Origin: Candidatus Latescibacterota bacterium
Lineage (GTDB): Bacteria > Latescibacterota > UBA2968 > UBA8231
Assembly (NCBI GenBank): GCA_965197905.1
Contig: CBDAOB010000004.1
Coordinates: forward strand, 1,120,001 to 1,184,000
DNA length: 64,000 nt
Reading direction: 5' to 3'
Numbering within the stretch: the first letter of the stretch is position 1; each line of letters starts with the position of its first letter. The notes under the pieces were generated by a model. That model ran no database searches, was not told where the DNA came from, and saw only the letters and a program-made list of their open reading frames with translations. Below, one piece after another: positions 10,032-20,920 of this stretch. The position numbers were made by a program, and so were the translations under genes.

Positions 10032-10490
10032 ATGAGAGTTTTGGTCCAACGCGTTCGGTTCGGCCGCATCCATGTGGAGGGTGAGCTTCGTGGACAGATC
10101 GGTCACGGTCTGGTTCTGCTGGTTGGTCTCCATGTCGACGACGACGAACAGGCGGTGGCTTTCTGTGCCGACAAGTGCACCGATTTGCGCATCTTCGCCG
10201 ACGAGGCCAGCAAGATGAATAGATCGATTCTAGATGTGGAAGGAGAAATCGTCGCCGTGTCGCAGTTCACTCTCTATGGCGATTGTCGCAAAGGCCGGCG
10301 CCCGAGCTTTTCACACGCCGCCCCCCAGGAGCAGGCTGAACCTTTGTACGAGCTGTTCGTAGAGTTGCTTCGCAACCGCGGAGTGAAGGTGGCCACCGGC
10401 GAATTCGGTGCCTCGATGCTGGTGGAAATCCACAACGACGGTCCCGTCACTCTGATCGTCGAGAGCCCACCCAAAGGGGACGATGGCTGA
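10032..10490 (+). CDS. dtd: D-aminoacyl-tRNA deacylase
   Basis: MRVLVQRV, LRIF, VSQFTLYGD, GRRPSF, NDGPVT motifs. Confidence 0.96.
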   Translation: MRVLVQRVRFGRIHVEGELRGQIGHGLVLLVGLHVDDDEQAVAFCADKCTDLRIFADEASKMNRSILDVEGEIVAVSQFTLYGDCRKGRRPSFSHAAPQEQAEPLYELFVELLRNRGVKVATGEFGASMLVEIHNDGPVTLIVESPPKGDDG

Positions 10491-11085
10491 ATCCGTCAGA
10501 GTCGTGCTCGCCTCGAACTCTCCCCGGCGAAGAGATCTGCTGCGCCAAATCGGGGTGCCGTTCGAGCAGATTGCCAGTCCGGCGGCGGAGCCCGAGCCGG
10601 GAGGGCTTGGTCCAGACCGACACGTTCTCCGCTCAGCGCAAGCGAAAGCTCGGGCGGTGCGCGATCTCCTTGAACACAAAGGAGAGGCGGAACGTCCGAC
10701 CATCGTAATTGGCGCCGATACGGTTGTGAGCGTCGATGGAGATATGCTCGGCAAGCCGGCGGACGAGAATCAAAGTCGCGACATGCTGCGACGCCTCTCG
10801 GGCCGGGTGCATCAGGTGTTCACGGGCGTGGTCGTCATAGGTCCCTATGGCGGTGAATTGGCCGCCAGCGTAGTGACGGCCGTTACCATCAAGGCGTTGT
10901 CGTCACGGGAGGTGGAGACCTACGCGGCAAGCGGAGAGCCGCTTGACAAAGCTGGGGCTTACGCTATCCAAGGCTTGGCTGCCCGTTTCGTTGAACGGGT
11001 GGAAGGATGTTATTATAATGTTGTCGGTTTGCCCCTCTCCCGGCTTTGTGAAATGCTCGAAGAGGCCGGATACGAACTTCCTTGA
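10483..11085 (+). CDS. maf: Maf family nucleoside triphosphate pyrophosphatase
   Basis: LASNSPRRRDLL, IGADTVV, LGKP, DKAGAYAIQG, NVVGLP. Confidence 0.95.
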   Translation: MAESVRVVLASNSPRRRDLLRQIGVPFEQIASPAAEPEPGGLGPDRHVLRSAQAKARAVRDLLEHKGEAERPTIVIGADTVVSVDGDMLGKPADENQSRDMLRRLSGRVHQVFTGVVVIGPYGGELAASVVTAVTIKALSSREVETYAASGEPLDKAGAYAIQGLAARFVERVEGCYYNVVGLPLSRLCEMLEEAGYELP

Positions 11086-11135
11086 TCCAATGACCGCCCC
11101 GTTCTGTTTCCCTTGGAAGGTATGCTGAAATCCCC

Positions 11136-12215
11136 ATGAGCGAGGAGATTTCTCAACATCTGAAGCAAGCTCGGGAAGCCCGGGACGAGCACCTCACCGA
11201 GGCCTGCGAGAGGAGCGGTATCAGTCTGGCGATTCTGCAGGGTCTCGAAGCGGCCCGTTTCGACACCGTCGAGCCGATTTACATGCGCCTGGGGTTGCGC
11301 TCCTACTCCGAGTATCTCGGGCTCGATACAGCGGCGCTGTTGAACGCGTTCGACAAGGATGTGGCGACCAGGTTACCGGACGATCCGGTGCCTCCCGCTG
11401 TGCCCCGACCGCAGAAACCGAGAGGCGGACGGGTTTCATCCATCTCCAGGCGTCAGGTGGTGGCCGTGGTGGTCCTTCTTCTAGCCCTTGTCGCCCTAGC
11501 CTGGATGTTGGTAACGGAATTTTCGGAAAATGGCGAGTTGCAGGATACCGAATTGGCACAACCTAGTGCAGGCCTGTCGGATGCCGGCTCCGAGCAAGCC
11601 AGCATCTCGGCACCGACGGCTCTACTTGCTGCGGCGGATAGCCTTCCGCACTCAGATCCGGTCGTGTCAGATGAAGAGAGTGGTGAGCGCCAGACCGCAG
11701 GCGACGAAGAAATCGAGCCCGTACTCCAGGATGATCTCACCTCCGCGGAGGGCGCCGATACACCCGCGTCGAACAGCACGGGGGCAAACATGCGGTTTGG
11801 GCGGGAATACGAGGCGTTGCCGAATGAGGCATCGGGGAACTCAGCATCGCCCGCGAACCTGGCCGCGTCACCAGAGGTGATTGGAGAGCCGCTGGACGCA
11901 TCCGCCCTCGTGCTGGAGGTCGAGGCGATCGACTCAACCTGGGTGCAAGTCTCGTGGGATGGCCGGGATACCTTTCAGGGCATACTCGCGCCCGGCTTGA
12001 AACGTCGTTGGGTCGCCCGTGAGAAATTTCTGGTGCGCTCGGGGAGAGCCCACGGGGCGCGTTACTGGCTTCAGGGAAATCTTCTCGGCAATGGCCGCCT
12101 CGGGGAGGCGACCAAGGTGTTGCGATTCCGCGCGGACAACAACGGCGTCACCCTGCTGGGGCCGGAACTGGAACCGCTGTCGCTTACGCCAGCGACCTCT
12201 GACGCGGCGGAATGA
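11136..12215 (+). CDS. RodZ-like protein (HTH_25, TM helix, DUF4115-like C-terminus)
   Basis: N-terminal LKQARE...YMRLGLRSYSEYLGLD HTH, a single TM helix, acidic linker, C-terminal LEVEAIDSTWVQV. Confidence 0.75.
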   Translation: MSEEISQHLKQAREARDEHLTEACERSGISLAILQGLEAARFDTVEPIYMRLGLRSYSEYLGLDTAALLNAFDKDVATRLPDDPVPPAVPRPQKPRGGRVSSISRRQVVAVVVLLLALVALAWMLVTEFSENGELQDTELAQPSAGLSDAGSEQASISAPTALLAAADSLPHSDPVVSDEESGERQTAGDEEIEPVLQDDLTSAEGADTPASNSTGANMRFGREYEALPNEASGNSASPANLAASPEVIGEPLDASALVLEVEAIDSTWVQVSWDGRDTFQGILAPGLKRRWVAREKFLVRSGRAHGARYWLQGNLLGNGRLGEATKVLRFRADNNGVTLLGPELEPLSLTPATSDAAE

Positions 12216-14662
12216 TGACTCGAAGATATGTAGATGTATCTCTCCCGCCTCCGCTAGCCAGAGAACTCACCTATCACCTCCCCTCACATCTTGAACCTGC
12301 GGTTCGACCGGGTAGCGTGGTTCTCGTTCCCGTTCATGGCCGTCTGCTCACCGGTATCGTGGTCCGCGACGCGCAGGAACTGGGTGGAGTGGACACAGGG
12401 AAGATCAAGGAGGTCTCCGAGGTACTGGACAGCGACACTCTGCTCGATCCAAAGCTGGTGGACCTTTGTCGTTGGATCGCCGGTTATTATCTGGCGCCTT
12501 TGGGAGCGGCGCTGGGAGCGGCGTTGCCACCCGGTATTCAGCTGGCATCGACTCGACTCGTGCATCTGCGTCAGGCGACAGCGGTCGGCGGAGACGTGAT
12601 CGATGAGCGGGTATTGGGCGAGCTGCGGAGGGAATCGCCGTTAAAGGTGACCACTTTGCAACGACGATTGGGGCGTTCCGGCCTGGAAGGAGCGTTGCGG
12701 CGGCTGCGGCGCGACGGCCAGGTGGAGATTGTTCCCTTCCTCAAGGCGCCCCCTGTCCGCAGCGAACGCTGTGTTAGATTGGCCGACGGAGAAAGTGCGG
12801 AAGCGGCCTTGAAGGAGTTGCCGGCACGGGCGCATCGCAAATCGGCTTTCTTGAAACACATGCTTCAATTCGAATCGGCGACGCGTAAATCCCTCACCGA
12901 ACAGGGATTCAGCTCTGCGTTGGTGTCGGGCTTCGCCAAGATCGGGTTGGTGGAAAGCTTCGACCGCGAGGTATTGCGCGATCCGCTCTCCCACATCGAT
13001 CCGGTGGAGGAGGACGTTCAGTGTTTGAGTCCGGACCAGGAGAAAGCGATTGAGAAACTGAGCGCCGCCGTAGACCGCGAAAGGTTCTTCCCGGTCCTCC
13101 TGCACGGAGTCACGGGGAGCGGCAAAACATTGGTTTATCTCCATGCTGTTTCCCAGGTATTGGAACGGGGGCGGAGTGCCATCGTTCTGGTTCCGGAAAT
13201 CGCTCTGGCCTGGCAGACTGTGCGGCGATTCAAAGCTGAATTCGGTGATCGTGTCGCCGTGTTGCACAGCCAACTGTCGCCGGGCGAGCGCTACGATACC
13301 TGGCGACAATTGAGGCGCGGCGATCAGTCGATCGTCATTGGCGCTCGGTCCGCCATCTTCGCTCCCATGGTAGATTTGGGCATCATCGTTGTCGATGAAG
13401 AACACGACAGCTCTTACAAGCAGGAGGATTTGGACGGCCGGCAAGCCTTGCCATACAGCGGCAGGGACGTGGCTTTGGTACGTGGCCAGAGAGAGGAAGC
13501 CGTGGTTCTGCTGGGCTCGGCGACTCCCAGCCTCGAATCGTATCAAAATGCCCAAACCGGCAAGTATCACTATCTCACAATGCCGGCGCGCATAGACTCG
13601 CGACCTCTGCCGCGGGTAAGCGTCGTCGACATGCATGGAGAGTCGTTCCAAGGCAAACGGCGCCCAATCTTCTCGCGCGAGTTGCGGCTGAAGATTCGCG
13701 ATCGCCTCGATCGCAATGAAAAGATCGTGCTGCTGCAGAACCGCCGGGGATTTTCCCCCATCCTGTTGTGCGCATCCTGTGGCGAAGCAGCCGAATGCAA
13801 GCGTTGCCGGGTCACCCTCACCTACCACCGCCATGGCGGTGGCGAAATGAGATGCCACTACTGCGACTTTCGGGGATCGATTCCATCTACCTGCGATCAT
13901 TGCGCCGCTGCCGATCTGCAATTTGAGGGCATTGGAACGCAGCGGGTGGAAGAGACCCTATTGGAACAGTTTCCAGGCGTACGCGTCATTCGTATGGATG
14001 TGGACAGCACCACAGCCAAAGGCTCGCATGACGAGCTAGTGGAGAGTTTCCGTCACGGCGAAGCAGATATCCTTCTGGGCACCCAGATGGTGGCCAAAGG
14101 GTTGGATTTCCCCGAAGTCACTCTGGTCGGCGTCATTTCGGCCGACACCTCGATGCACATGCCCGACTTTCGGGCAGCAGAACGCAGCTTTCAGCTTCTC
14201 ACACAGGTTGCGGGCAGGTCGGGAAGGGGCACGACGCCTGGTGAGGTGGTGATCCAAACTCTGCTCAGCGATTCACCCGTTCTGCGTGAGGCTGCCAGGC
14301 AGGATTACGCGGCGTTCGCCGACCGAGAAATGCAGATACGCAGTGAAGCGGGATTCCCTCCCTTCGGCCGACTGATCGTCTTTTTGTGGCGCGGCACGGA
14401 TGAATCGGCAGTATCGCGGGCGGCTACTCAGGGGACCTTGGAATTGAATTCCCTCGTCTGCGGAACCGCACGGGTATTGGGACCCGCTTCCGCACCGCTG
14501 GCCCGGCTGCGCGATCAATACCGTTGGCACGCTCTGTTGTGCGGCACTGCTGCCAATAGTGCACACGGAATCGCGTGCACGGCATTGACGCCCATGCGCC
14601 GAATTGCAGGAGATGAAAACGTCGCGTTGAGCGTCAACGTCGACCCATTGAGTATGATGTGA
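12212..14662 (+). CDS. priA: Primosomal protein N' (replication restart helicase)
   Basis: GVTGSGKT, LVPEIAL, DEEH, four CxxC Zn ligands, GTQMVAKGLDFP, QVAGRSGR. Confidence 0.97.
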   Translation: MMTRRYVDVSLPPPLARELTYHLPSHLEPAVRPGSVVLVPVHGRLLTGIVVRDAQELGGVDTGKIKEVSEVLDSDTLLDPKLVDLCRWIAGYYLAPLGAALGAALPPGIQLASTRLVHLRQATAVGGDVIDERVLGELRRESPLKVTTLQRRLGRSGLEGALRRLRRDGQVEIVPFLKAPPVRSERCVRLADGESAEAALKELPARAHRKSAFLKHMLQFESATRKSLTEQGFSSALVSGFAKIGLVESFDREVLRDPLSHIDPVEEDVQCLSPDQEKAIEKLSAAVDRERFFPVLLHGVTGSGKTLVYLHAVSQVLERGRSAIVLVPEIALAWQTVRRFKAEFGDRVAVLHSQLSPGERYDTWRQLRRGDQSIVIGARSAIFAPMVDLGIIVVDEEHDSSYKQEDLDGRQALPYSGRDVALVRGQREEAVVLLGSATPSLESYQNAQTGKYHYLTMPARIDSRPLPRVSVVDMHGESFQGKRRPIFSRELRLKIRDRLDRNEKIVLLQNRRGFSPILLCASCGEAAECKRCRVTLTYHRHGGGEMRCHYCDFRGSIPSTCDHCAAADLQFEGIGTQRVEETLLEQFPGVRVIRMDVDSTTAKGSHDELVESFRHGEADILLGTQMVAKGLDFPEVTLVGVISADTSMHMPDFRAAERSFQLLTQVAGRSGRGTTPGEVVIQTLLSDSPVLREAARQDYAAFADREMQIRSEAGFPPFGRLIVFLWRGTDESAVSRAATQGTLELNSLVCGTARVLGPASAPLARLRDQYRWHALLCGTAANSAHGIACTALTPMRRIAGDENVALSVNVDPLSMM

Positions 14663-14669
14663 GGTAGTC

Positions 14670-16919
14670 ATGTCAGTAGCTCTATTTTGTCTGTTTTTGG
14701 CACTTCTATCGACCTCCGTCTGTGCAAGGGCTCAAGGCGAATGGACCGCTTTTACGAGTATGCGCGACATGAACGATGTAATGGTGGATCGGAATTTTGT
14801 GTGGGCCGCCACATCAGGAGGAGTTTTGCGATACGACCAGGAAAGCCGCACCTACTCGAGATTTACCCGGTTGGACGGGTTGGCTGGCAACAAAGTGCTG
14901 AGTCTGGCGCGAGACGACAACGGAGACGTGTGGATGGGCACCGACCACCAGGGGTTGACTCGATTCAGCGCGGCTAATGCAAGATTCGACCGCACCTTTT
15001 TCGAGTTCGCCGAGTTGGCGGTGAACGTTATGGTCACTCGCGGCAATCGCGTGTTCGTTGGAACGAGCAGAGGCGTGAGCGTATTTCTCAGCGATCGGGA
15101 GGAGGTAAAAGAGTCCTACCGGCAGCTGGGAGATCTTACCAAGGACATTCCCGTTACCGCGCTGGCATTGCTCGGCGATTCTCTAGTCGTTGGCACTGAA
15201 GAAGGATTCGCAATTGCTGATCTGAGACAACCCAATCTACAGGACCCGGAGAGTTGGTCAGGAATCCGCGGACTCGGCAAAATCCGGGACGTCATCGTTT
15301 TTTCCAACAGGTTGTTCTTTGTGTCCGAAGAGGGTGTCTTGAGATATGACAGTTCACGAGACTTCTTGCTGCGTGAATCGGCTCTGGAAGATATCGTGAG
15401 TTTTGGGATTCTGGACGGCAACTTGATATTCATTACTGAATCCGGAGCCATAAATCAAAGAAGCAGCTCAGGTCGGTGGATTGTGCAATCTGGCGAGGTG
15501 ATCTCGGGTGTTCGGGAGCTCGCATACTCTGATAGTGCCCTATGGCTTGCAACAACGGAAGGCCTCAAGGTTTTGGGGGCGCAGGCTCCTCCCCCCTCAC
15601 GCGAGCCTGCGGCCAATCATTTCCATGACATGCAACTTCTGGACAACGGCGAACTCTGGATCGCCAGTGTTCCCAACGACTTCACGCGTCCCTACGGACT
15701 CTACCAGTTCGACCCATCTGACTCGAGCTGGACGATTCACGACGAGTCCAACGATCTGCCAAGCCACTATTCAAACCAGTGGAAGGAGTTTGTTCCCCCA
15801 ACAATCGTTGCTTTGGAGGTGGACGCAACCGGCAGTCTTTGGGCTGGTACGTGGGGTCAAGGATTGGGGACTCGAGGAGCTAACGGCAGTTGGGAATGGC
15901 TCGATCAAAACAACTCCGTGCTGCGAGGCGTAGGTGGCGGAGGTTCCTTTGTGGTGATTGCCGATGTCATGCAGGATGAGGAGAATCTGTTGTGGATTAC
16001 GAATGTGCTGGCTGGTCTTGCCGTAATCGACACCAACGATCCGACCAGGGGCACTTTGTATAGCCAGAGTGAACTAGGGGTCCCGAGAGACATAGGCGAG
16101 ATCGCTATCGGGCCGGATGGGTTAAAGTGGATCTCGCTTCCGCTCGACGGCTTCTTGCTATTCGATGATGGAGGGACCCCGTTTGAAAAGGGGGACGAGT
16201 TCGCCTTTCCAATAAGTACTTCCGTGGAAGACCGGCTCACCAGCGACAGAGTCAAAGACGTCATGGTAGACAGCCGGGGCCAGGTATGGCTGGCCACTAA
16301 CAACGGACTCAATGTCGTGCGCGGCAGCTACGACCGTGGGAATCGAACGTTTGAAATTGAAAGATGGCGCGTCTTCGACTTGGATGATGGATTGCCGTCA
16401 AGCGAGATCAGCACGTTCGTCGAAGACGATCTGGGCAACGTTTGGGTGGGTACCGACGGTGGAATCGGTCAGATAACGCCGGCGGGCGAGGTGGCGTTCG
16501 CGCTGACCACCGAAAACAGCGGGCTGATCGACAACCGCATAAACTCCCTGCTCTTTGACCGAGACGCGGGCGAACTCTGGATAGGCACCTTTGACGGATT
16601 GAGTCGACTGAAGATCTCCCTGGGGAGCGAGTCGGGAAGCGATGAGCTGATCGTATACCCCAACCCGCTGGTATTGAGCTCGCGCAATGCGAGCTTGACA
16701 TTCTCGGGTCTGCCGCTGGGAGCCGAGCTGCAGATCTTCGACCTGGGTGGGAACCTCGTCTGGCGTCACCGGGGAACACCGGGCACAGGCTCGGTGTCGT
16801 GGAGCGGCCAAAATCAGGCTGGCTTCCTCGTCGCCAGTGGGGTCTACTTTTTTGTCGCTCGAGACGAGACCGGCAAGACGACATCGGGAAAATTTGCGGT
16901 CATAAATGGCCGCAATTAG
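14670..16919 (+). CDS. Secreted beta-propeller protein (PorZ-like) with C-terminal FlgD-Ig/T9SS-CTD-like domain
   Basis: Signal peptide; repeated GL.xN.V...D..G.VW.GT propeller blades; C-terminal VYPNP...IFDLGGNLV...W.G.N..G..VASGVYF. Confidence 0.75.
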   Translation: MSVALFCLFLALLSTSVCARAQGEWTAFTSMRDMNDVMVDRNFVWAATSGGVLRYDQESRTYSRFTRLDGLAGNKVLSLARDDNGDVWMGTDHQGLTRFSAANARFDRTFFEFAELAVNVMVTRGNRVFVGTSRGVSVFLSDREEVKESYRQLGDLTKDIPVTALALLGDSLVVGTEEGFAIADLRQPNLQDPESWSGIRGLGKIRDVIVFSNRLFFVSEEGVLRYDSSRDFLLRESALEDIVSFGILDGNLIFITESGAINQRSSSGRWIVQSGEVISGVRELAYSDSALWLATTEGLKVLGAQAPPPSREPAANHFHDMQLLDNGELWIASVPNDFTRPYGLYQFDPSDSSWTIHDESNDLPSHYSNQWKEFVPPTIVALEVDATGSLWAGTWGQGLGTRGANGSWEWLDQNNSVLRGVGGGGSFVVIADVMQDEENLLWITNVLAGLAVIDTNDPTRGTLYSQSELGVPRDIGEIAIGPDGLKWISLPLDGFLLFDDGGTPFEKGDEFAFPISTSVEDRLTSDRVKDVMVDSRGQVWLATNNGLNVVRGSYDRGNRTFEIERWRVFDLDDGLPSSEISTFVEDDLGNVWVGTDGGIGQITPAGEVAFALTTENSGLIDNRINSLLFDRDAGELWIGTFDGLSRLKISLGSESGSDELIVYPNPLVLSSRNASLTFSGLPLGAELQIFDLGGNLVWRHRGTPGTGSVSWSGQNQAGFLVASGVYFFVARDETGKTTSGKFAVINGRN

Positions 16920-17571
16920 GATTATTCTGATGCTCGCGCTCGCCCTGCAAAGCGGTCGAGCCGAAGCGACGGACGCATCGCGCTTTACCATCGCCCGTCT
17001 GCAATACGACGGCGGGGGCGACTGGTACAGCGACCCCTCTTCCCTGGCAAATCTGCTCGAGTTTCTGCGGCGCAACACCAACATCGAGGTGGCGGCGGAA
17101 CCGGTGCGCGTCCGTATTATGGACGAGGAGCTGTTCTCCTATCCATATCTCTATCTCACTGGTCACGGCAACATACGTTTGTCACCCGAAGAAACCGTTC
17201 GACTGCGACATTTTCTCGAAAGCGGAGGGTTTCTTCATGCCGATGACAACTACGGCATGGATGAGTCGTTCCGCCGGGAGCTGAAGAAGCTGTTTCCCAA
17301 GAAAGAACTCGTCGAACTTCCGCGCGACCACGAGATTTTCCGCTGCCATTTCGAGTTTTCCGAAGGTTTGCCGAAGATCCATGCGCACGACGGCAAGCGT
17401 CCCCAGGCGTTGGCGCTTTACGATGCCAATCGAATCGTCGTCCTGTACACCTATGAGTCGGACCTGGGGGACGGTTGGGAAGATCCCGCCGTGCACAGCG
17501 ACCCCGAGGAGAAACGGCGAGCAGCTTTGCGCATGGGCACGAACATCGTGGTTTGGGCATTAACCCATTAG
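16906..17571 (+). CDS. DUF4159 domain protein (exported)
   Basis: IARLQYDGGGDWY.DP, YPYLYLTGHG, GGFLHADDNYG, DLGDGWED, ALRMGTNI. Confidence 0.85.
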   Translation: MAAIRIILMLALALQSGRAEATDASRFTIARLQYDGGGDWYSDPSSLANLLEFLRRNTNIEVAAEPVRVRIMDEELFSYPYLYLTGHGNIRLSPEETVRLRHFLESGGFLHADDNYGMDESFRRELKKLFPKKELVELPRDHEIFRCHFEFSEGLPKIHAHDGKRPQALALYDANRIVVLYTYESDLGDGWEDPAVHSDPEEKRRAALRMGTNIVVWALTH

Positions 17572-17572
17572 C

Positions 17573-20500
17573 ATGAGAGACCCCGGGGAACTCTACGTCT
17601 CGCTGGAAACCCAACTGAGGCGGTTCCGACACAAGCTATTGCTGTCCGACCTGGCCGACGTCCTTGTGGGCGGGTTGTTGGCGGCACTCGTTCTGGGCTG
17701 GTGCTGGGTTGCCCTGGAGGCCGTCCTCTACTTGGCTCCCGGAATGCGCGCGGCCTCGGGTGTCGGGGCCGCCCTGCTGAGCGCCGCGGCCGTCGGGGTT
17801 CTGCTCGCAAAACGAATACCCGGACATCTTGCCTTGGGAGAGGTGGCGCTGCTGATCGAGGAGCATTGTCCTCAGCTGCGGCAGCGTCTGATCACCAGTC
17901 TTCAGCTCGGGAAAGACGACTACTCCGAAGTGCGTTTTTCTAGAGCGCTGTTCCTGGCGACCCTAGAGCGGGCCGTCGATGAGTTGCGCGCACTAGACCT
18001 GACCCCCCTGTTGCGAAGGCGCGAAATCGCGAACGGAGCTGTGCGCGCCGTCGGCGTCGCGCTGGTGGCCATCGGTTCAGTCGCAGTGTTCGACGATACG
18101 TTGGGTGCGGCGGCGGTTCGTTGCGCCCATCCGCTCACGGCGTTCGAGAAAACGCCCTCGACTCTTATTTCCGTCGCAGCCAACGAGAGCACGGTGATAG
18201 CCGGCGAGAACTTCGCCATCCAGATTCGTTTCGCAGGTGATCTTCCCCACGCAGCTACGATATTGAGTCGCGAGGAGACAGCATCCGAATATGCCCGGCA
18301 ACGGCTCCTGGTCGGTGGCGTCGATTCGCTGAACTTTACCTTCGAGTCCGTCAAGAGAGCCTTCAGCTTTATGGTCGAGGCGAATGACGGCACGAGTGCG
18401 ATTCACGAGGTCGAGGTAATCGATCCGCCGTTTATCGAGAAGATTCGCCTGCGCTATCAATACCCAGAGTACAGCGGTCTGCCTGCCGCGGTCGAGGAGG
18501 AGACGGGTGATATCCGGTGCCTTCGAGGCACTCGCGTGGCTGTCGAAATTTTTGCCAGCAAACCGCTGGCCGCCGCACAATTGGTGTTGAACGACTCGAT
18601 ACGGCTGGAAGGAGCAGTCACCGATGCCGGGGCAAGCACGGCGTTTGTCGTTGAATCTGCCGGAAGTTATGTCGTCGCCCTGCGCGACCGCTTCGGCGTC
18701 CCCAACAAGAATCCGATTCGGTATTCCATTCTCGCGGTAGACGACGCGTTTCCCCAGATCAGCATTGCCGAACCTGGGGTGGATATGGACCTGCCCGATA
18801 ACATGAAGGTGACCCTAGGCGTGGAAGCCGTAGACGACTATGGGGTCACGAAATTAACGCTGGTGCACCAGGTAAATGAGGGCCCGCCTACCCGATCACC
18901 GATGACCTTTGTTCCCGATTCCAACGTCCGCGTTCAATGGGAGTGGGACCTTTCGACCTGGGATTTGCTACCCGAAGATCAAGTCCGTTACCACGTAGAG
19001 GCTTTCGACAACGACGTCGTCGCCGGGCCCAAGAAAAGCTCGTCAGCCGAATTCTCGCTGCGGTTTCCCTCGATCCAGGAGCTGTTCGACGAGGTTCGAG
19101 ATGCCCAGGAGGAAACGCTGGACCATCTCGAGACGCTCGCCGAGGAAAGTTCCGAGACCGGCGAGTACCTCGAGGAACTCCGACGAGAGCTGCTGAAGAA
19201 AGAAACGTTGAGTTGGGAACAGGACAGAGAGCTCGAGTCGACGCTGGAGGAAGAAACCGAACGGGCGCAGGCGATCGAAGAAATCGCCCGCGACATCGAT
19301 GAAGCCATGACCGCCATGAAAGAGTCGGGATTGGCCACCGCAGATCTGCTGGAAAAAATGGCGGAGTTGCGCAAGTTGATGGAATCGGTCATGAGCCCGC
19401 AGATGCAAGAAGCGCTTTCTGCTTTGCAGGATGCCGCCAAGAGCCAGGATCCACAGCGACTGGCAGAGGCGCTGCGCAAATTCGCCGAAGACCACAAGCT
19501 GTTTGAGGAGCGGCTGGATAGGTCCATATCGCTGCTTGAGCGGGTGCAGGTAGAGCAGCGACTGCAAGCGGCGGTCAAACGAGCCCAGAACCTGGAAAAG
19601 AGACAGGCCCAGATCAACGCAGGGATGGATTTGGATCTCGGCGATCCCAGATTGCCGCAACATGAAACAGCTCTGCAGCGCGACGCGGATGGGCTGCAAA
19701 AGGAGCTGTCGGAGCTCGGACAGCTAATGGACGAATACAGTGAGAAGACCGCCGAGAATCTGGAACGCCAATCGGCACTTATGGAAGAGGAAAATATCTC
19801 GGGCCGCATGAAAGAGGTGACGCAACTGCTGGAAGCCCCGGCCAACACGAAGGCGCGACAAAAGGGATCCGACCTCGAGGAGGATCTGGGCAAGCTGGCG
19901 CACAGCATGCAACATCTCCAGGGAGAATATGCCGATGAACAGAAAGGGCAGCTTACCCAAGCGATGCGCACCGCAATCCACGAATTGTTGCGATTGTCCG
20001 AAAGGCAGGAATCCGTCGCCGGGGAGACCCGCAAGGCAAGAGACGACGACAGCGTCGAGATGGCGGAAAATCAATTTGCCGTCGCGCAGGGTACGGCTCT
20101 CGTGGTTGAAAAACTGGGAGCGATATCCAGGCGGACCATGAGCCTGGGGTACGGTCTCTCCACCTCCCTGGGTTATGCCATGCACCATATGGGGCAGGCA
20201 ACCGATCTGCTGGGTCGGCGGCAGCTGCGGGGCACCGATGAGCAGCAGGTAGCGGCTATGGGTTATCTCAACGAATCGATCCTGCTCTTGCGCAAGAGCA
20301 TGGATAATCTGGCGGATGCCCGCATGCCGTCCGCGTTCGACGAGGCGATGCAGCAGATGGCTGGCATGGCGGAACGGCAAAGTGACATAAATCAAGCAAC
20401 GCAAGAAGCGTTTGGTCAGCAGGGCAAGGAAGCCGGCGATCGCGGCCGCGCAAGTGCCAGCCACCGTCGCCGCATGGAGCAGCTGGCGGCGGAACAGCGA

Positions 20501-20920
20501 AGTCTTTACGAAGCGTTGAAAGCGCTTGAACGCTCCCTTCGCGGGAACCGGGGCGCTGAGGAAAGGACTCGTGCCATGGAGCGGGAAATGGAGACCGTGC
20601 TTCAGGACCTGCAGGGTCCCCGACTTCCAAAACGGACCCTGGATCTGCAGAACAACATTCTGCAGAGAATGCTCGATGCGAGTCGCTCTATCCACAATCG
20701 GGGGTATGAAAAACAGAGAAAGTCAGAGAGCGGGAGCGATTTCGAGTACAGCGGCCCTCCATGGTTGCCGGCGGACAAGGGGGAATCGCAGGATCTACTG
20801 CGAGAAGCGTTGAGAAATGCCCTCGCGGGTCCTTATCCGGAAGAGTACCGACGTCTGATTCGCACCTACTACGAACGTGTGTATCAAGACGCGGTTGTGA
20901 GGCCAGGATCGGACCAGTGA
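17573..20920 (+). CDS. DUF4175-like membrane-anchored Ig-domain and coiled-coil protein
   Basis: Three N-terminal TM helices, YPEYSGL, AVDDYGV, YHVEAFDND..GPK, then a long Gln/Glu-rich coiled coil ending YRRLIRTYYE. Confidence 0.75.
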   Translation: MRDPGELYVSLETQLRRFRHKLLLSDLADVLVGGLLAALVLGWCWVALEAVLYLAPGMRAASGVGAALLSAAAVGVLLAKRIPGHLALGEVALLIEEHCPQLRQRLITSLQLGKDDYSEVRFSRALFLATLERAVDELRALDLTPLLRRREIANGAVRAVGVALVAIGSVAVFDDTLGAAAVRCAHPLTAFEKTPSTLISVAANESTVIAGENFAIQIRFAGDLPHAATILSREETASEYARQRLLVGGVDSLNFTFESVKRAFSFMVEANDGTSAIHEVEVIDPPFIEKIRLRYQYPEYSGLPAAVEEETGDIRCLRGTRVAVEIFASKPLAAAQLVLNDSIRLEGAVTDAGASTAFVVESAGSYVVALRDRFGVPNKNPIRYSILAVDDAFPQISIAEPGVDMDLPDNMKVTLGVEAVDDYGVTKLTLVHQVNEGPPTRSPMTFVPDSNVRVQWEWDLSTWDLLPEDQVRYHVEAFDNDVVAGPKKSSSAEFSLRFPSIQELFDEVRDAQEETLDHLETLAEESSETGEYLEELRRELLKKETLSWEQDRELESTLEEETERAQAIEEIARDIDEAMTAMKESGLATADLLEKMAELRKLMESVMSPQMQEALSALQDAAKSQDPQRLAEALRKFAEDHKLFEERLDRSISLLERVQVEQRLQAAVKRAQNLEKRQAQINAGMDLDLGDPRLPQHETALQRDADGLQKELSELGQLMDEYSEKTAENLERQSALMEEENISGRMKEVTQLLEAPANTKARQKGSDLEEDLGKLAHSMQHLQGEYADEQKGQLTQAMRTAIHELLRLSERQESVAGETRKARDDDSVEMAENQFAVAQGTALVVEKLGAISRRTMSLGYGLSTSLGYAMHHMGQATDLLGRRQLRGTDEQQVAAMGYLNESILLLRKSMDNLADARMPSAFDEAMQQMAGMAERQSDINQATQEAFGQQGKEAGDRGRASASHRRRMEQLAAEQRSLYEALKALERSLRGNRGAEERTRAMEREMETVLQDLQGPRLPKRTLDLQNNILQRMLDASRSIHNRGYEKQRKSESGSDFEYSGPPWLPADKGESQDLLREALRNALAGPYPEEYRRLIRTYYERVYQDAVVRPGSDQ

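Noticed and set aside
12641..20695. Long antisense ORFs (e.g. 12641-13921, 18988-20034, 19724-20695)
   Set aside because: They are typical shadow frames of GC-rich genes, lie fully opposite well-supported CDSs and carry no motifs.
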